This document shows, piece after piece, positions 37,070-50,868 of a DNA stretch of 64,000 bases. The DNA lies in assembly GCA_973895155.1 (NCBI GenBank), contig OZ316891.1, positions 16,519,651-16,583,650 of the forward strand, given 5' to 3'. Both the position numbers and the translations under genes were made by a program. Position 1 is the first letter of the stretch; the number at the start of each line of letters is the position of its first letter. The notes under the pieces were generated by a model. That model saw only the letters and a program-made list of their open reading frames with translations, had not been told where the DNA came from and ran no database searches. The stretch comes from Marsupella aquatica. Lineage: Eukaryota > Plantae > Marchantiophyta.

Positions 37070-37600
37070 TTGTGATATCTCTTAATCGAGAAAGGGTTTC
37101 CAATGAGCCTCAGATTGACAAATTTTGTCAAGTTCCAAATGAGTTGTTGAATTTCTTTGCCTTTCCAATGAGTGAGTATAAGAAATATTGATCATGAGTC
37201 CATGAGTTCTTTTAGCTTTCCAACATGATCGAGTCCAACATTGACAAATTTTACGTCAGATTTTGTCACGTTACTAAAGAGATCATGAGGTTTTCAATTT
37301 CTCTAGCTTTCTAATGTGTGACATTGAGATTATTCGTTAAGAATTACATAGATCATGAGTATCTGAATTTCTCTAGCTTTCCAATGAACCTCACATTGAT
37401 AGATTTTGTCAAGTACTAAGGAGATGATCGGTTTTTAATTTTACTTTAGTTTTCCAATGAGTGTGACATTGAGAGATTTTATCAAGACAATACTAAAGAG
37501 GTCACGAGTTTCTAAATCTTGATCTTGAGTTTTCCAATGAATCAAACATTGACAGATTTTATCAAGTACTAAGGAGATTGATTATTTAGTTTTACAATGT
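37070..37600. repeat. Degenerate tandem repeat, roughly 60-70-bp unit
   Basis: Recurrent CTTTCCAATGA...ATTGACA(A/G)ATTTT(G/A)TCAAG, about 7-8 times. Confidence 0.65.
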
Positions 37601-37769
37601 GAAGCCAAAGGGGTTTTAATAAACTATGTACATTTCTATTGGTTGGTTTTTTCAAGCTTGCAAACAATTAAAAAATACAAGCATTTTGATATAAAACACT
37701 GATATATCTTTGACAAACATCAAAATGGTAACTTTATTTTACTAAATGACATATCTCCCTTTGTATTTT

Positions 37770-37965
37770 GGTTTTTTTACGTTCAATATTTACGGCATGG
37801 CGCCCCAAAAATTACGTTGCTTTTGCCACAAACAGGAATGTGCACGTTTGTTATTGTTAAAAGTATGATCATTCCTGTTTGTGGCTGGTTGTGATGATGT
37901 GGCGCAACCTCGTGGCAGGGAATTTGCAAGAGACCTCTCATCGGGGTCCGTAATGATGAACCTAA
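37770..37965. repeat. Transposon-end-like repeat shared with 47432-47623
   Basis: Both contain TTTTACGT..ACGGCATGGCG..CAAACAGG..GACCTCT..GGGGTCCGTAA..GAACC in the same orientation. Confidence 0.55.
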
Positions 37966-39179
37966 ACTACCATAATATCCTAGCGGGCGTGCACAAGGAA
38001 TGGTGGTGGGTGATGATAACCATGCACTCTTGCACAACAACACTGATTTATAGCCCATATCCTCCAAGTTCCAAGCAACTTACAGAACTCCAAAAAAAAG
38101 CACTAACATTGAACGCTGGAAAAACCGTCATGAAAAAATCATCACCTCCCAGACATGCTCTGATACTAATTGTTGAGCAACTTAAACGACATTCATGACG
38201 GCATGCCCATAACCATCCAACGATCAAGTATTTCGACACATAGAGATATGTGGTTTATCTCAACTTGAGGCTACGTCCATGGGAACACACGATCAAGAGC
38301 TTTACTGCACTCTAGGTTAACCGACCATACCAAGTATCCATAGCACAAGTTCTCTTTACCTCTCGATCGGCTCAGTAACAATGAACTTGAGTTCCTTCTA
38401 TCCAAGCAAACACCTTTTGGGATATACAGTCTACACAACATGACTAAACCAACCTAGTGTGCAACTAAGGTTAGCTCTAATTGCGGTATAGTCATAACTC
38501 TAGACCTAAGAGTTAATCCTAACAAAATACGCAATCCGTGACCGCTTCCTTTTTCTTTTTGGTCTAAAATTGCGGTTGTTGTACCCAGTCCATGGGGATG
38601 GGCAAGGACAATGTCTCAATCCATCTGGGCTTCAAATTCTATTTTTGTAGATGAGCTTATGACATTTTTCATACAAAATTAAATTTTCTGTACATTTTAA
38701 TTTAAAGTAATAAGTATATGCAACACTCATCTAAACCACAAATGCACCTGTAAAGGGCTAGGGTTAACTGTAGCTCTCTCATTATACAATGCACACTTTC
38801 AATTTTAGTATGAATGAGCTTGAGCTCCACAAAAGGTGGTGAGTGCTCCACCTTTTATGGTGAATAGTGAGGCATGGAACGGGTCTTTTATAGGATCAGG
38901 TGTGCCATGTGATCCACCCTAAAATATTGAGCTCTTCCCACAGTCTGGTTAGTGCTTTGAGTTCCATGATTAGTGGGGACTGGCTGGGCTTTCTAGCCCT
39001 TCGTGTGGTTTCCCTGTTTGCTCCGCTTTATTGGGTCTTTGAGATCTTGTTTGGCGCTTTTTGCTATGTAAGTTTGACGAGACTTGTTAGTCTTTGCGGA
39101 GCAACTTGGGTGCGGGAAGGACGATGGCATGGCGCAGTGGGCGTTGATGAATTAAATTGGGTGCGGGAAGGACGATGGC

Positions 39180-41141
39180 ATGGCGCCGTGGGCGTTGATG
39201 AAATTGTTGCATCCCTTCACTCCGGAAGATCTTCTTCTGTCGCAAAGAATCAAATCTTCCCTAGCCTTGCCTGCTTCCACCTCCCAATTCGTTTTGGCCC
39301 TGCCCTCCTCACGTTCTATCGAGAAAGTGGTTTATGTGCTTTCGGTGGAGAAGCTTTCCGAGCGATCGATTGGCGACATTCATCGTCTCGTTGCCGCTGT
39401 CAACCCCAGCTCGGTCGTGGCATTCGTCGACGCACAGTACTTGACAGAGGTTGTGGAGGAAGAGAAGCTACTTCAATCGCCGAAAGGGTTAGAAGTTCCC
39501 ACGGCATACTTCGATCTTATAAGAAATTGCTTTGTGGAGAAAGTCAAGGCTGGTGTTTACGAGAGTCGAGCAAGGTTGAAAGTCTTGAGCAACATTTTTG
39601 GGACTACTTTTTACGGTAACGTGTTCGCCGCTAGGAAGGCCGCGAAGGAGACGCAAGCTGTGTTTGAGTACTTATGCATGCCGGCTACAGCCACGTCTTG
39701 TTTCTTGGCAGATGAGGATGCTGAGGTGGAAGGAGGAGATTCTGAAGGAAAAGCAGGAGGCAACAAACAAGCCTCTTACTCTGGCAGAATTTTGACCGCT
39801 TTGTCAGGCTTGCTGGGAGGCAATGGCCTTGATTATCTGATCGGTGTGCCCACTAGAATCACCACGTCACCGTATTTAACTCTCCGTTCGGAAGAAGTGG
39901 CGTTTTTAGCTCCAGCTGTCGCATCGTCTGTTCCTGGCACAGTGAGTGCCATCTCAGTTTCACCTTCTCATTCACCCGGACATCTTTCATCTCCCGTGAC
40001 GTTCTATGAGGGCCCGGAGAATTATTGCCCCTCTTTTGCCGCTCCCTTCTACCCGCTATTCCTTGACTTGCACCAGTTGTTCACGGAGACTCCAGGTGTG
40101 AATCAGGCTCTCAATTTCGCGAGGAGAGTGCTCAATTCTGTGGAGCGTGGCGACAGGGTGGATCATGAAGATCTGTCCCGTGCTCGCTTGTTTCGTGTGG
40201 CGGTGGAATCGGTTAGACTGTCCTGGAATTCATTTGTTCGGCAAGAAAGGAGAGTATCTTCCAAACCCGCGGATTTTGCCCAGCTCCCTTTTGAGGAGAA
40301 ATGTCAAGCACTGCTTGCGCACGCCCTGAAGTATCAAGCTCAGAAACTCAATACGGTGGTGGCAATCGTAGATGCGAGTATGGTTCCAGGAGTTCGGAGG
40401 CATTGGAATACTCCGCTTCCACCAGAAGTTGCGGTTTATGCTAAATACTGCTTCGTTGCTCAGGATTTCGAAGAAAATGGCGATGGAGGGAAAACATTGA
40501 ATATGCTCGAGAATCCCGAGACGAAAGCAGCAGTTGTTGTCAGTGCAGGAGCTGTTGCAGTTGCGGGATTGATTTCGCTGCCTCATTGGGCGTCTGTGCC
40601 AACTTTCATGAAAGTATTTTCTTTCAAAGTTCCGACAGTGTTGAAACTCGTCTTAATTCAATTGAAACGCCAGGCAGTTGTCTCTTGGGCAACTCCAGCA
40701 TCTGAATTAGTGATGCCGGCCCTTAAGGCAACGGGGTTTGTTCCTTCATCGGGAGCGAAAGCAATGCTTTTGAAATCTGTCGCAACTGCTGAGAAAGCTA
40801 AAGCGGTGGCGCACGGTGTGGTTGGAGCAGCGGAGAAAGCCAGTCTTCAAGCCATTCGGACTGCATTCTACAGTCTGATGAGAAATAGACAGACGAACAA
40901 CCTTGGTCCTCGGCCTTGGCTCGTGTTGGGCGGCTGCTTAGCGGCCGCCGCTGGTGTATTATTGTATGGAGAAGAAGTGGAACATGCCATTGGAATTCTT
41001 CCGTCTGCTCCCGCTGTAACCAGACTAGGGCGGGGTTTGGAAAAGTTAGAGCAAGCGTCTGGAAAAGTCGATGACTACGAGGGTTCCAGTTGGTGGAATC
41101 ACGTGTATGAGACTCTTTACCGCAACCCTCACCGGTGTTGA
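39180..41141 (+). CDS. Conserved uncharacterised plant protein (653 aa), probable C-terminal membrane segments
   Basis: Long intact single-exon ORF; motifs IFGTTFYGN..AARKAA, PSFA.PFYPL..DLH, EEKC.ALLA.AL, VVAIVDA resemble a land-plant family; hydrophobic C-terminal stretches. Confidence 0.85.
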   Translation: MAPWALMKLLHPFTPEDLLLSQRIKSSLALPASTSQFVLALPSSRSIEKVVYVLSVEKLSERSIGDIHRLVAAVNPSSVVAFVDAQYLTEVVEEEKLLQSPKGLEVPTAYFDLIRNCFVEKVKAGVYESRARLKVLSNIFGTTFYGNVFAARKAAKETQAVFEYLCMPATATSCFLADEDAEVEGGDSEGKAGGNKQASYSGRILTALSGLLGGNGLDYLIGVPTRITTSPYLTLRSEEVAFLAPAVASSVPGTVSAISVSPSHSPGHLSSPVTFYEGPENYCPSFAAPFYPLFLDLHQLFTETPGVNQALNFARRVLNSVERGDRVDHEDLSRARLFRVAVESVRLSWNSFVRQERRVSSKPADFAQLPFEEKCQALLAHALKYQAQKLNTVVAIVDASMVPGVRRHWNTPLPPEVAVYAKYCFVAQDFEENGDGGKTLNMLENPETKAAVVVSAGAVAVAGLISLPHWASVPTFMKVFSFKVPTVLKLVLIQLKRQAVVSWATPASELVMPALKATGFVPSSGAKAMLLKSVATAEKAKAVAHGVVGAAEKASLQAIRTAFYSLMRNRQTNNLGPRPWLVLGGCLAAAAGVLLYGEEVEHAIGILPSAPAVTRLGRGLEKLEQASGKVDDYEGSSWWNHVYETLYRNPHRC

Positions 41142-41301
41142 AATGACATGGAGTTGCCTCATTTACGTCGTGAGAGAAATGTATGTAAGTAATTTTGTAG
41201 TAAAGCGAGAAAGTTGATTCATACCTAACGCAATGGCCTACTGTCTATAAATGAAATGTCCGCAACTTGTGTTAAATTACAGAACTAATCTGAAATCCAT
41301 A

Positions 41302-43100
41302 TTAATAACACCTATTCGTATAGCTTCGGTTGAAGTCAAATCCCAGGTTAGATTCTCCCCTAAACGGAGTGTTGTGACTTGGTAATTCAGATCCAAGCTC
41401 GATGGTCCTTTTATCAATAAACGAGAAGCGCGCAATTTGCAGTGAAGCAATTCGAATTACAACCGCAAAATCCAAATCTAGGTTAGAATCACCACATACC
41501 GGAATGTTGTGACTTGGACAGTCTGCAAGGAGAAAAGTAATGGACATTGGTTCTTTTATCATTAATGATGACTCTTGGCCTTCAGGCGATCCAATATTTG
41601 TGATAAAACCACAGAGGTGCTTCCTTTGGTCGCCTAGATTTGGAGGTGTGAGATTTTTGTCCAACCGCGGGGAGCTGCATCGGTGACGAGTCGAGGATCA
41701 CCTCTATCTCTTTGTCCAGCTCTACTCGGAGATTGGTTCTGCCGTTACTCTTGACGTTTGTGATGGGTTTTCTTCAAGAGCTTGATTGCTGCCGCCATTT
41801 TTTGCTAAATGTGAATTGAGATTATTGACCTTTGCGATGGGTGCCTTGAGACAATAGCTCCGCTGGCCAGGGATAACTATTAGACCCTTTTCTGCTACAT
41901 TGGTGCTCGAGTGTCAGGGCTTCTACTTATTGTGATGTGTTTTCCCTGGTCCTCGCTTTGTTGTAGCCAGCCTGGTGTCTGGCTGGACTATTGGATGCCA
42001 AGGTTCGCAATTATGTCAACAATTTTCAACCTACTTATTAATGTGGATAGGGTCTTTGATCATGGTAGTAGATATCGTGATTGCTGGCATTATACGGTCT
42101 GATTATGTCTTGCCCTTGTAATGTGGTTTCACTTTGAACGTGGACATTGTAGCGGGTTGCTTTGTGGGTGGTGTAGTTATTTCCTGACGCCGATGCTACT
42201 AGTGTTTTTCCCCGCGTATTCATTTGGCGCTGATGTCGGATTATTATTTGAATGTATCCTCGGATTATAGCCTTCGAGAGATATCATTTCGGACATGAAT
42301 TAGGGTTCCTTGTTATTGGAGTGTTCTTAAATCTATGTGCTCTATGCATTGTGTTGCTACATCTCCAAAAACTTCCTAAATGCCGGTCGACAGCATCTTT
42401 CGTACTCCGGTCTGAAATGCTCCTACCGGGAAAATCTGAAGTTCTCAGGATGGTTGCTCCACTAGTTCAAGTCTTTATGGCCATTGCTATGTGCTGTCAT
42501 CGCCCTGGTAGTTGGTTTACAGTTCTGGCTGGCTCTGTTGTTGCTTTCCATTATCCCCGACTAATGGTCAGGTGAAATGATTCGTTTCTTATCAAGAGTA
42601 TTCACAATTGGTCTGAGAGATTTGGGATTTTTATTGAGTTCATATTTCCTCTGTCCATATGACAAGTTGGACAGTTGATGAAGTTCATCTCGACAATCCG
42701 TCCAATTCCTTCATGCAATGTGGACAGTGTTGCAGATAAACTAGACCCACTCATGAACAATTCTGCAAAAGGTTGAATGAGCAGAATTACTTTGACAGTG
42801 AAGTGGACTGCATCTAATACATTGAGGTATTTCATCGTGTAGAGACTGAAATGTAGAGTTGCAACGTCGAATACAGTGAGGTATCTCATCGTGTACAGTT
42901 TAAGATGTAGACTTGCACCCTAAACTGTCGTAGATCTATCCAATCGGAGAAGTCGAGGACAAAAGTGACGCTGAATGTTTCGGCGGAAAGTGTGTATTTT
43001 GAAGTGTCCTAAGTAAGGAAAGACGAGGATATGTGTATAGGAAATAATCTCTAATTGTTCTACTGATTTGAGACACGGCTTAGAACTTATAAGAAGTGGC
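41302..43100 (-). pseudogene. Possible decayed LRR-type gene fragments
   Basis: Repeated peptides (MRYLTVFDV/MKYLNVLDA; PSHN.P..G.SNL..DF) and LHEGIG..NCP..IKIPNL; heavily disrupted. Confidence 0.25.
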
Positions 43101-45493
43101 CGCAGAAGCCTGAAATCAAGGATGATCAACGGACTAACTAACTAACCTAAATCTAACAGCTAATCTTACTACCTGAAATTAAGCACAACAGACGACATAG
43201 ATGTGATACTTGCTCAAGTGGTTGACCTATCTTACTTCTTACTACCGTAAACACAACACACAAGATGTGATACCTACTCTATTGATTAGCCTATCTTACT
43301 AACGTAAAGTGAGCACAACAGACAACAGAGATGTGATACCTGCTCTCTTGATTAACCTAATGTCTTATGCTGTACACAGCCCTATCTCTAAGTACAGTCT
43401 TCACGGTATTTAGTGTCACTAACCAATAGTGTCACACAGTAATTAGGGGTAGCCCTTGAAATTCCAGACAAGTGACACTATTTGCTGGGAACCCCACGTT
43501 TTCAAAATAAAATAAAATATATATGGAAAATTTTAATAATTAGAGGCAACAATGTTTTTGGTGGTAACCCTAAACTGGACCCACTCCACTATGATGCATA
43601 CCAGCAGCCACATGTGTTTTTTTTGTATGTGTTAATAAGGCTTTACACTTTGTGAATAAATGACTGATTGAGAACATGGCCGGACGTGGATCGCCCATCA
43701 TAGCTGGATTTGCAAGGTGATAATTAATCCGTGGATCCCCTAGCTTAGGGTTCAGTTGAGCTAAAACATTAATGCATGTAAAATGTATAAGGACGCAACT
43801 AGGGATACTAGAAAATCCCAGTGAAAAGGAAAGATTCATGAGACAGAGGAAGATGTTTGAGACGAGGCAAAGCTTTAGAAGATCTTACTTTGAATATCTA
43901 AATTTTGAACTCTGCACTTTGACGGATGAAGTCAAAAGAAAATCTGAGCGCTGCCACCTATAAACAAGTAGGGCAACTAATAGAACAAAATGATATCTAT
44001 CAAACCATTCATCTACCCAAAAGTATGACAAAATAAAATATGCTAATACTTACTGCTAAACAGAACTGAAGGACTTCTAGCACATACTTTGTCTCATCTA
44101 TAATTGTGGAACATTTCCTGAAAGGCTGAAACTCAAGTACTGTAGCTCACTTCTGGAGTGGAGAGCTTTGGTTTTAAATGGTTGAAAATCTTCTGGTAAA
44201 ATATGTTTGCTAGAATCTTCTAGAGGAAACCACAGAATATCTTAGCTTGTATCACTTGCAAATAGTATAAGCAAAACAATCAAGTTTGGTGATGCAAAGT
44301 GCTCAATAGAGGTCATGAAATAATCCTGGGCTGAAAAGAAGATGATGTCCCGCTTCCTTGGGCACTAAGAGTTGAGAAGTATTGGTACCCACTAAGTTAG
44401 CCAGGTTTGAAACGCTTAGCCAGGTTTGAAACGCAGAAAAACAGAAAAAATAGCTAGGGCCGCCTTATCATGAATTCTCTGTCCAAACAACATAGTGGGA
44501 GGAGTTGTAAAAGTGGTAAAGAGAGCCTAACAGGGGTCACTGGATTTGTCAGCATGCAGCTCTATACAACTTTGTATCAGCTCCCCCAAAAAGGACTAAA
44601 GAAACATATAAGTCAGATAATTATTTGCAGAATATTGAGAATGCTACAAGCATTGCTAGCTTATGACAGCCTAGAATGCGCCACATATAGCCACCGCGGG
44701 TATAAATTCATCATTTCAATACATTCTATGAACAAAAGCCAATTCAAATGTCCCCTAATTTCTACATGCAAATAATGTCCAAAATTACCTGTGGGATTGT
44801 TGGCTCAGGAATATCAGAATCTCTTCTCTGAATGAGCTGAAAAGTAATGACTAAGAAAATGTCAAATGGAGCTAGGTGGTGACACCTAATAAGAATTCTA
44901 TGATCTCAAAATGTGTGAACAACCTCAGATGCAATAAACTGAATAAATTGAGAAGTGGAAAGCAAGACCAGAGTTTCCAAAGACTAACCTGTGCGGAGGG
45001 TCTTTCTTTCAATGATCTTTGTGTAAATGCTACAACCTCGCTGAACTTGACTCACAAAGTTGTCAGTCGATAAAATTTTCAAATTGGCAACATGAGGCTT
45101 CTCCTTACAAAATCCTTCAAAATCTCCTTCTTCTCCTTACAAAATCCTCAATGAAGTTATTAGATGTTCTATAGAAGACACAGTTCCAATACAAGGATGA
45201 AATGACAAGCCTCTTTCTCCAACTATAGGACTGCAGAAACTTCCATGATCCACAAGAAGCTATGGTGGCACATGAGGTCTGGGCACACATGATCACCAAA
45301 AAGCTATCCTGGCAAATGGAGCAGGGGCATAGAATTTTACTAATATCTTGAGATGGGGCTCCAAAAGGTCAAGGAGTATCAAGTTTGCTAGGCATTGAAT
45401 GACATTAAGGCACGCTACTACTATGGTAGAAATGTGACTGACTGAACAGCTCAAAGTAGTTATGATTTTTTTTAATTTTTAATTTTTTTAATT

Positions 45494-45757
45494 TTTTGGG
45501 ATCAAATTAGGCATTTTATTAGAAAGTGAATGACTCACTCATCCATACATTTTGGATCATTTGAAGCAAATTGGTCATTCAAATTCTTTCTTTCATGGAA
45601 TTGAGGTATGCTAACGTAGTTAGTCATTTTGGGATCAAATTAGGCATTTTATTAGAAAGTGAATGACTCACTCACCCATACATTTTGGATCATCCGAAGC
45701 AAATTGGTCATTTGGAAGCTTTCTTTCATGGAATTGAGTTATGTTACCTTAGTTAGT
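45494..45757. repeat. Tandem duplication, about 133-bp unit x2
   Basis: TTTTGGGATCAAATTAGGCATTTTATTAGAAAGTG at 45494 and 45627. Confidence 0.85.
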
Positions 45758-47431
45758 CAAAGGCTGGCAATAATTTGTTATTGCCGTCTAGATGTCAAAG
45801 GTCCCTCAGAATCTCTTGGAAGCCAACCTTGACTTTCTTCGTGTTATCCTGGTGGTACGGTGTCACCGAAAGTTCAAATACTTCAAATCAGTAAATCAGA
45901 ACCTACAAATCTCTTACTCAAATCCCTTCCCCATCACAATAACGAGTACTACTACTGAGTACTGGAATGGTTTATTTAGTTGATATCATTGGTTAGTTTG
46001 TTCAATACTTGCACTCGTCCATTTGGGAGTGTTTTACCAATTGTCCCTAGGGCAAGTTTTCAAATACTCTTCTAAAGGCAAATTTAGCTCATGAGTGGAA
46101 ATTTTGGATATCTCCAAGTCAAATTGTGTCATTAAGGACAAATACTGTCTGGCTGCGAGCCAGTGCCCTGATGGTCGGAGCCCTCGCCTTCACTTTGGCA
46201 TCAATGGCATCGCACACCTGCTTTGTGATTTGCAGTTTTGATTGATACTCCGCAAAAAATTTCACAACGGATTTCGTGTTATGTTCTGGAGCATTGAAAT
46301 CGACAGGAGGGAGAATATTAAATTGCACGGAACATAACACCTTACGCTCTTCAACAACCAAAGCATCTCGTTGCTGTGACAAAGAAGCACACGCTGAGGT
46401 GACAATATTCAAAATTGGGGACTGCAAAATGACCTGAAGCAATGTTGCAGCTCCCCTCCTTGGCCTACCTTTAGTAACTCTGTCGGTGTCAACCTGCTTC
46501 TCCTTGGTCATGACTTTCAACTTCCTTGCACAATGTAACTCTCACTCAACTTGGGGCGATCCAATGATCACTTGGAGTATCAATCAACACAAAAACACCA
46601 CTCCCTTACATCCCCGACGGCAACTCTGGCAGCTTAGCTTAGCTCAACTCAACTCAGCTCAACGCATCTTGGCCCTGTTCCACCTCTTTTCACTCCTCAC
46701 CGACTCCAACCTGAAAAAGCAACACAAACAACAATTTTGTTCTTGCAACCTTCCTCCGATGATTCAAACCAAAGCAATTTCCAACTTGGACTACAATAAA
46801 CCGATCCCTTCTACACAGAAACTAAATTTGCAATCGTGTGCCATTAGGTCAATTCAATTTGGAAACCAGGAGAGAATATGGACACATGATTACCAGACAT
46901 ATTCCCAAGCTGCAATGCGATCCAACAATCACGGCAACTAGGCTTGGATACAAGAACGCAATTAGACAAGTCCAACCTTGTCAATTTCTAATTAAACCTG
47001 AAGAGAATATGGACACAATTTGGCTCGGATGGAGTTCTCAATCAATGGAAATTCAGTTGCCGCTACATTACACAAGTAATTGGATGACGGAGAGAAGGAT
47101 GTCTTGTGAAGCGAAGTTGCGATGCAATGTACAGACAGATGGAGCACAACTCTACGACGTGACTAGCAAACAACAATCACGTCAATCAAACGGCATGAAG
47201 GAAGAGTGTTGAGAGGAATGAACGAATGAAAGAAATTCCAAAGTAGTTATTATGAAATAGTTATGCAACTTGTTACTTTTTCACTAGGTAAACACTGACA
47301 TATCTATATTTGGTGAAATGAATTATTTGTTCCAATCAAAATTTGGAAGGAATTTTTATTTGGGCCAAAATTAAAATTGTAACTAAAGCGATTTCAAGTG
47401 TAAATAAACGTAATTTCTTTCTGTGTATGTT

Positions 47432-47623
47432 TGTTTCTTTTACGTCCTATTTTGACGGCATGGCGACCCTATTTTTATGCACAAAGTGTTGCAAACAGGA
47501 TCCGGGTGGTTATTTTCTTTTGTAAAACCAATCCTTACGTGTTTGCGGCACGTCTCAATGACATGGCGCGCTGTGGAGTCTCAAATTTTGGAAGGGACCT
47601 CTAGTGGGGTCCGTAAAGAACCA
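47432..47623. repeat. Second copy of the transposon-end-like repeat
   Basis: Similar to 37770-37965. Confidence 0.55.
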
Positions 47624-49371
47624 AGATTATGTCAAAATATCATTGGTAATGTAATTAGCATATCCTTTTTGTCTCTGTTTGTTGTACTGGAAAATTTCAC
47701 ATCTTGGAAAAATATTGTTTACTGTGTCAAAAGATGCTATTCTTTTCTTGAAGCAACCAGTGATATACCCATTTTTGTCTTTATCTTTCATTGTTGATTG
47801 AAAACTCCCAATCCTTTAACCATTATAAGCATTGTCAGATAGGCTTTCTAACAAGCCTAGCGTTGCCAATTTTGGTTCAGCATCAATGCATATACAAATT
47901 CCAAAGTCAGCTATTGGTAATGGTAATGCATTTTAAGCTCCAGGACCATAAAAGTGAGAAGAGCTGCAACAAAAAAGAAAGTGCAATGCACAGAAATGAG
48001 CAATAATTTTTTTTTGCTCAATAGAGGATCATCCTGTCCTCAATCAAACTACTGACCTAAAGAGTACTCAAAGATGTTCCAAACCTTCTCTCCATTCTCT
48101 ATCAATTGCTAAGATAAATCTAGTAAGTTGCTGAAGGGGCAAACTAAACAATGCATACAAATCTTCAAATGTGCACAATATTTACTCTGGTTTTACAATT
48201 TCACACAAATTATACTACTCAAACACATGGAGCAAACTTCATAAATTCCTTATTACTGCACAAAAATTATAATTTATGGCTTGCTGGAAAGATCTGTTTG
48301 ACTCACTTGTATAAGACTTTGAGTACCACATGTTGTCGCATAGAAGCTACAAACTAACATCACTCTTAGTCTCCTGCAAGTTGTCCTCTATATCCTCATC
48401 ATTGTGAGACGGCTTACAACCCCAAGAGAAGTGGGTTGAGCTGGCTCTTCACCTGATTCATCAACATGGATGAAGAGCCTTTTTGACAATAGCATCAATG
48501 TCAAGGCCAACCTGCTCCCTTGAAAAATCATACTCAGTACTTCGCTATGATATTTGAAGCTCAGGTCTGAGTTGGTTTTCAGACTATCCAACATTGATAT
48601 TGAGAGACAAACTGGCTCTTATCATTGATTCTTGTGCATAAGACATGCCATGTCTTTCAACAGAATTGTTCACCTCAGCTATACAGTCCCTTTCCAATGT
48701 CAAAACCAATGCTTGCCTGGATTTATCAGTTTCCCAATGGTGCCTTGTATCCCAATCCCATTCCCCTGCTAATGTTAAAACCAATGCTTGCCTCAATTTA
48801 TCAATTTCCCAAAGGTGCCCTATAAGTCCCAATCCAATGCACTGTCCCACAAAGCAATATCTTTGGTTTCTTTGGGAAAAAGATAGTACCTTTGGGAAAT
48901 TACCATTTGTTTCCTATATATATCTGGACGGCTTTTGTATTTCTTCCTTATGAGTGCAGCTTTCCGGTAGACCTGTTCGGCCAACGTACTTTCAACTTCT
49001 TTGTAACATTTCAGAGTCGGGGTTATACTTCTTTCAGAGAGGGGAAACACTCGGGGGCCCAAGCAGATCACCATTGTGCATTGATTAGTTTTCAATATTA
49101 CTTGTCAGAAATATTGAATTCCTATATATCTGAGCTGCTGAGATGGTAAGGCTAGGTCTTGATTGTGTGTTGCTGTTTTTATTGCAGTAGGCTGGAACAG
49201 CTGTGTAGTAAGCATCGAATATGGATTCTATGTATTTTCCAATCAATACTAGACGACAATGATAGAGGCTTATCTTCTTTCTGAGCTTCGTCTCAGGTCG
49301 ACCCTCCCGCCCCTGTTGTCTCCACTTCAATCTGCCATATCCGCCTCCACTGTCTGCTCTGCCATATCTGC

Positions 49372-49374
<3 letters not shown>

Positions 49375-49421
<47 letters not shown>
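49375..49421. repeat. (CT)n microsatellite
   Basis: About 23 perfect CT units. Confidence 0.98.
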
Positions 49422-49423
<2 letters not shown>

Positions 49424-50381
49424 CCCAATTGCTCATTTTCTTTGCATTGTACACTTTTGTGTTGCAGCTCCTTTGACTTTTATGGTCCCTGAGCTTATAA
49501 TACATTACCATTTACCATCTAACTACTATAATATGCTATCCTGCATCTTTTGAGAATCGTCTGCTTACAAAATTTGAAATGGGTGGGACTGAAAGCAGAG
49601 CCATTAGATTAGAATGTGTTTATCTCGACCATTTTGGCACAAAACAAGCCCCTTGCGGAGACCTGTTTGGCCACTTAATCCTGTCCTTATGTGTATTACC
49701 AACAACACATCATCCTGGCTAGATGCGCCTTGGTCCAGGCGTTCTGTAGTTTTCCCTGCAGCAATGGCCTCCTTGCCGAACGAGGCACTTTGCTAGCTTC
49801 CTAGTAGGTTGGGTGGGGAAAGTACATGATGTTGCCTCAGTCTGCTATCACTTGTGAAAGCTTGATCTGGTCATTAGAGGTATAGAGAAGATGTTCAAAG
49901 TTGGTCTTCAAGATGATTTCTCTATCATGGAATGAATATCATGTTTTCATTGCTTGCAAGTTTTATGAGGGTGTAAGATTGGCATCTCAGATCTTGGTGA
50001 AAGATTTGTATGCATTGTTTAGTCTACCCCCTCAACAACTTGGTAGATTTATCTTAGCAATTGATAGAGAACAAAGAGAAGGTTTGGAAAATCTTTGAGG
50101 ACTCTTTAGGTTCTTAGTTTGATAGAGGATAGATTGATCCTTTATTCAGTGATTTCTTTAATTGCTCATTTCTTTGCATTGTACTTTTTTTTTGTTGCAT
50201 CTCCTTTGACTTTTATGGTCCCAGAGCTTATAATACATTACCATTACCATATCAGGATCTAAAAACAAAGGATGAGGTAGGGACAATTTATGAGCTTTGG
50301 CCGGGATTGTGAGCGACAGGCTGAGATGGAACAAAAGTGGGGAATGAGGGGACTCATAATGTGAGGGTAATGTGAGGTAAT

Positions 50382-50672
50382 CTCGGGGGTCTCACTATAT
50401 GGATGCCTCCCCATCCCCTGCGACGTTTTTAGGTCTTGGACCCCCTAAAATGTAAGAAAAAAATTATTTTTAACCCCTATAAAGTTAGAATATTCTTGGA
50501 ATATTCAAAATTTGGTTAGAAAGACCCTAATTTTCTTATAAGCCTCAAAATTGAATTTAAAAGACCCTACTGTTCTTCTGCAAAAAATCTTAAGTCTTCC
50601 CTTCAAACCAATAAAATGACCCTATCCTTCGTCGCACGTGATGTGCCATTTTGTGGAAGTGAAACCCCTGAG
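50382..50672. mobile_element. MITE (291 bp), same family as 14050-14330
   Basis: CTCGGGGGTCTCACT...AGTGAAACCCCTGAG; perfect TSD GAGGTAAT at 50374-50381 and 50673-50680. Confidence 0.95.
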
Positions 50673-50759
50673 GAGGTAATTGCTGATTTTACTAGCAGGG
50701 TAGGTGATGCAAGAAGATAGTCAATGGTGCTATTGTCTTTCCTTGTGCAAAACGTGAAG

Positions 50760-50868
50760 CCTGCAGATTGAGGAAATCTGGCAATTCCATTCATGATCCT
50801 AAGATCACATATGCCTGCAAATTGAGGAAATCTGGCAATCCTATTCATGATCCTAAGATCACATATGG
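50760..50868. repeat. 54-bp tandem duplication
   Basis: CCTGCA(G/A)ATTGAGGAAATCTGGCAAT...GATCACATATG twice. Confidence 0.85.

Noticed and set aside
38827-38860. Small hairpin CCACAAAAGGTGG...CCACCTTTTATGG
   Set aside because: Single short stem, too small for a miRNA precursor, with no supporting context.
38900-39619. 239-aa ORF overlapping the 653-aa gene
   Set aside because: Alternative frame with a non-ATG start and no motif; explained by overlap and the 51-bp duplication.
49259-49511. SLSL/ERER repeat ORFs
   Set aside because: Translations of the (CT)n microsatellite.
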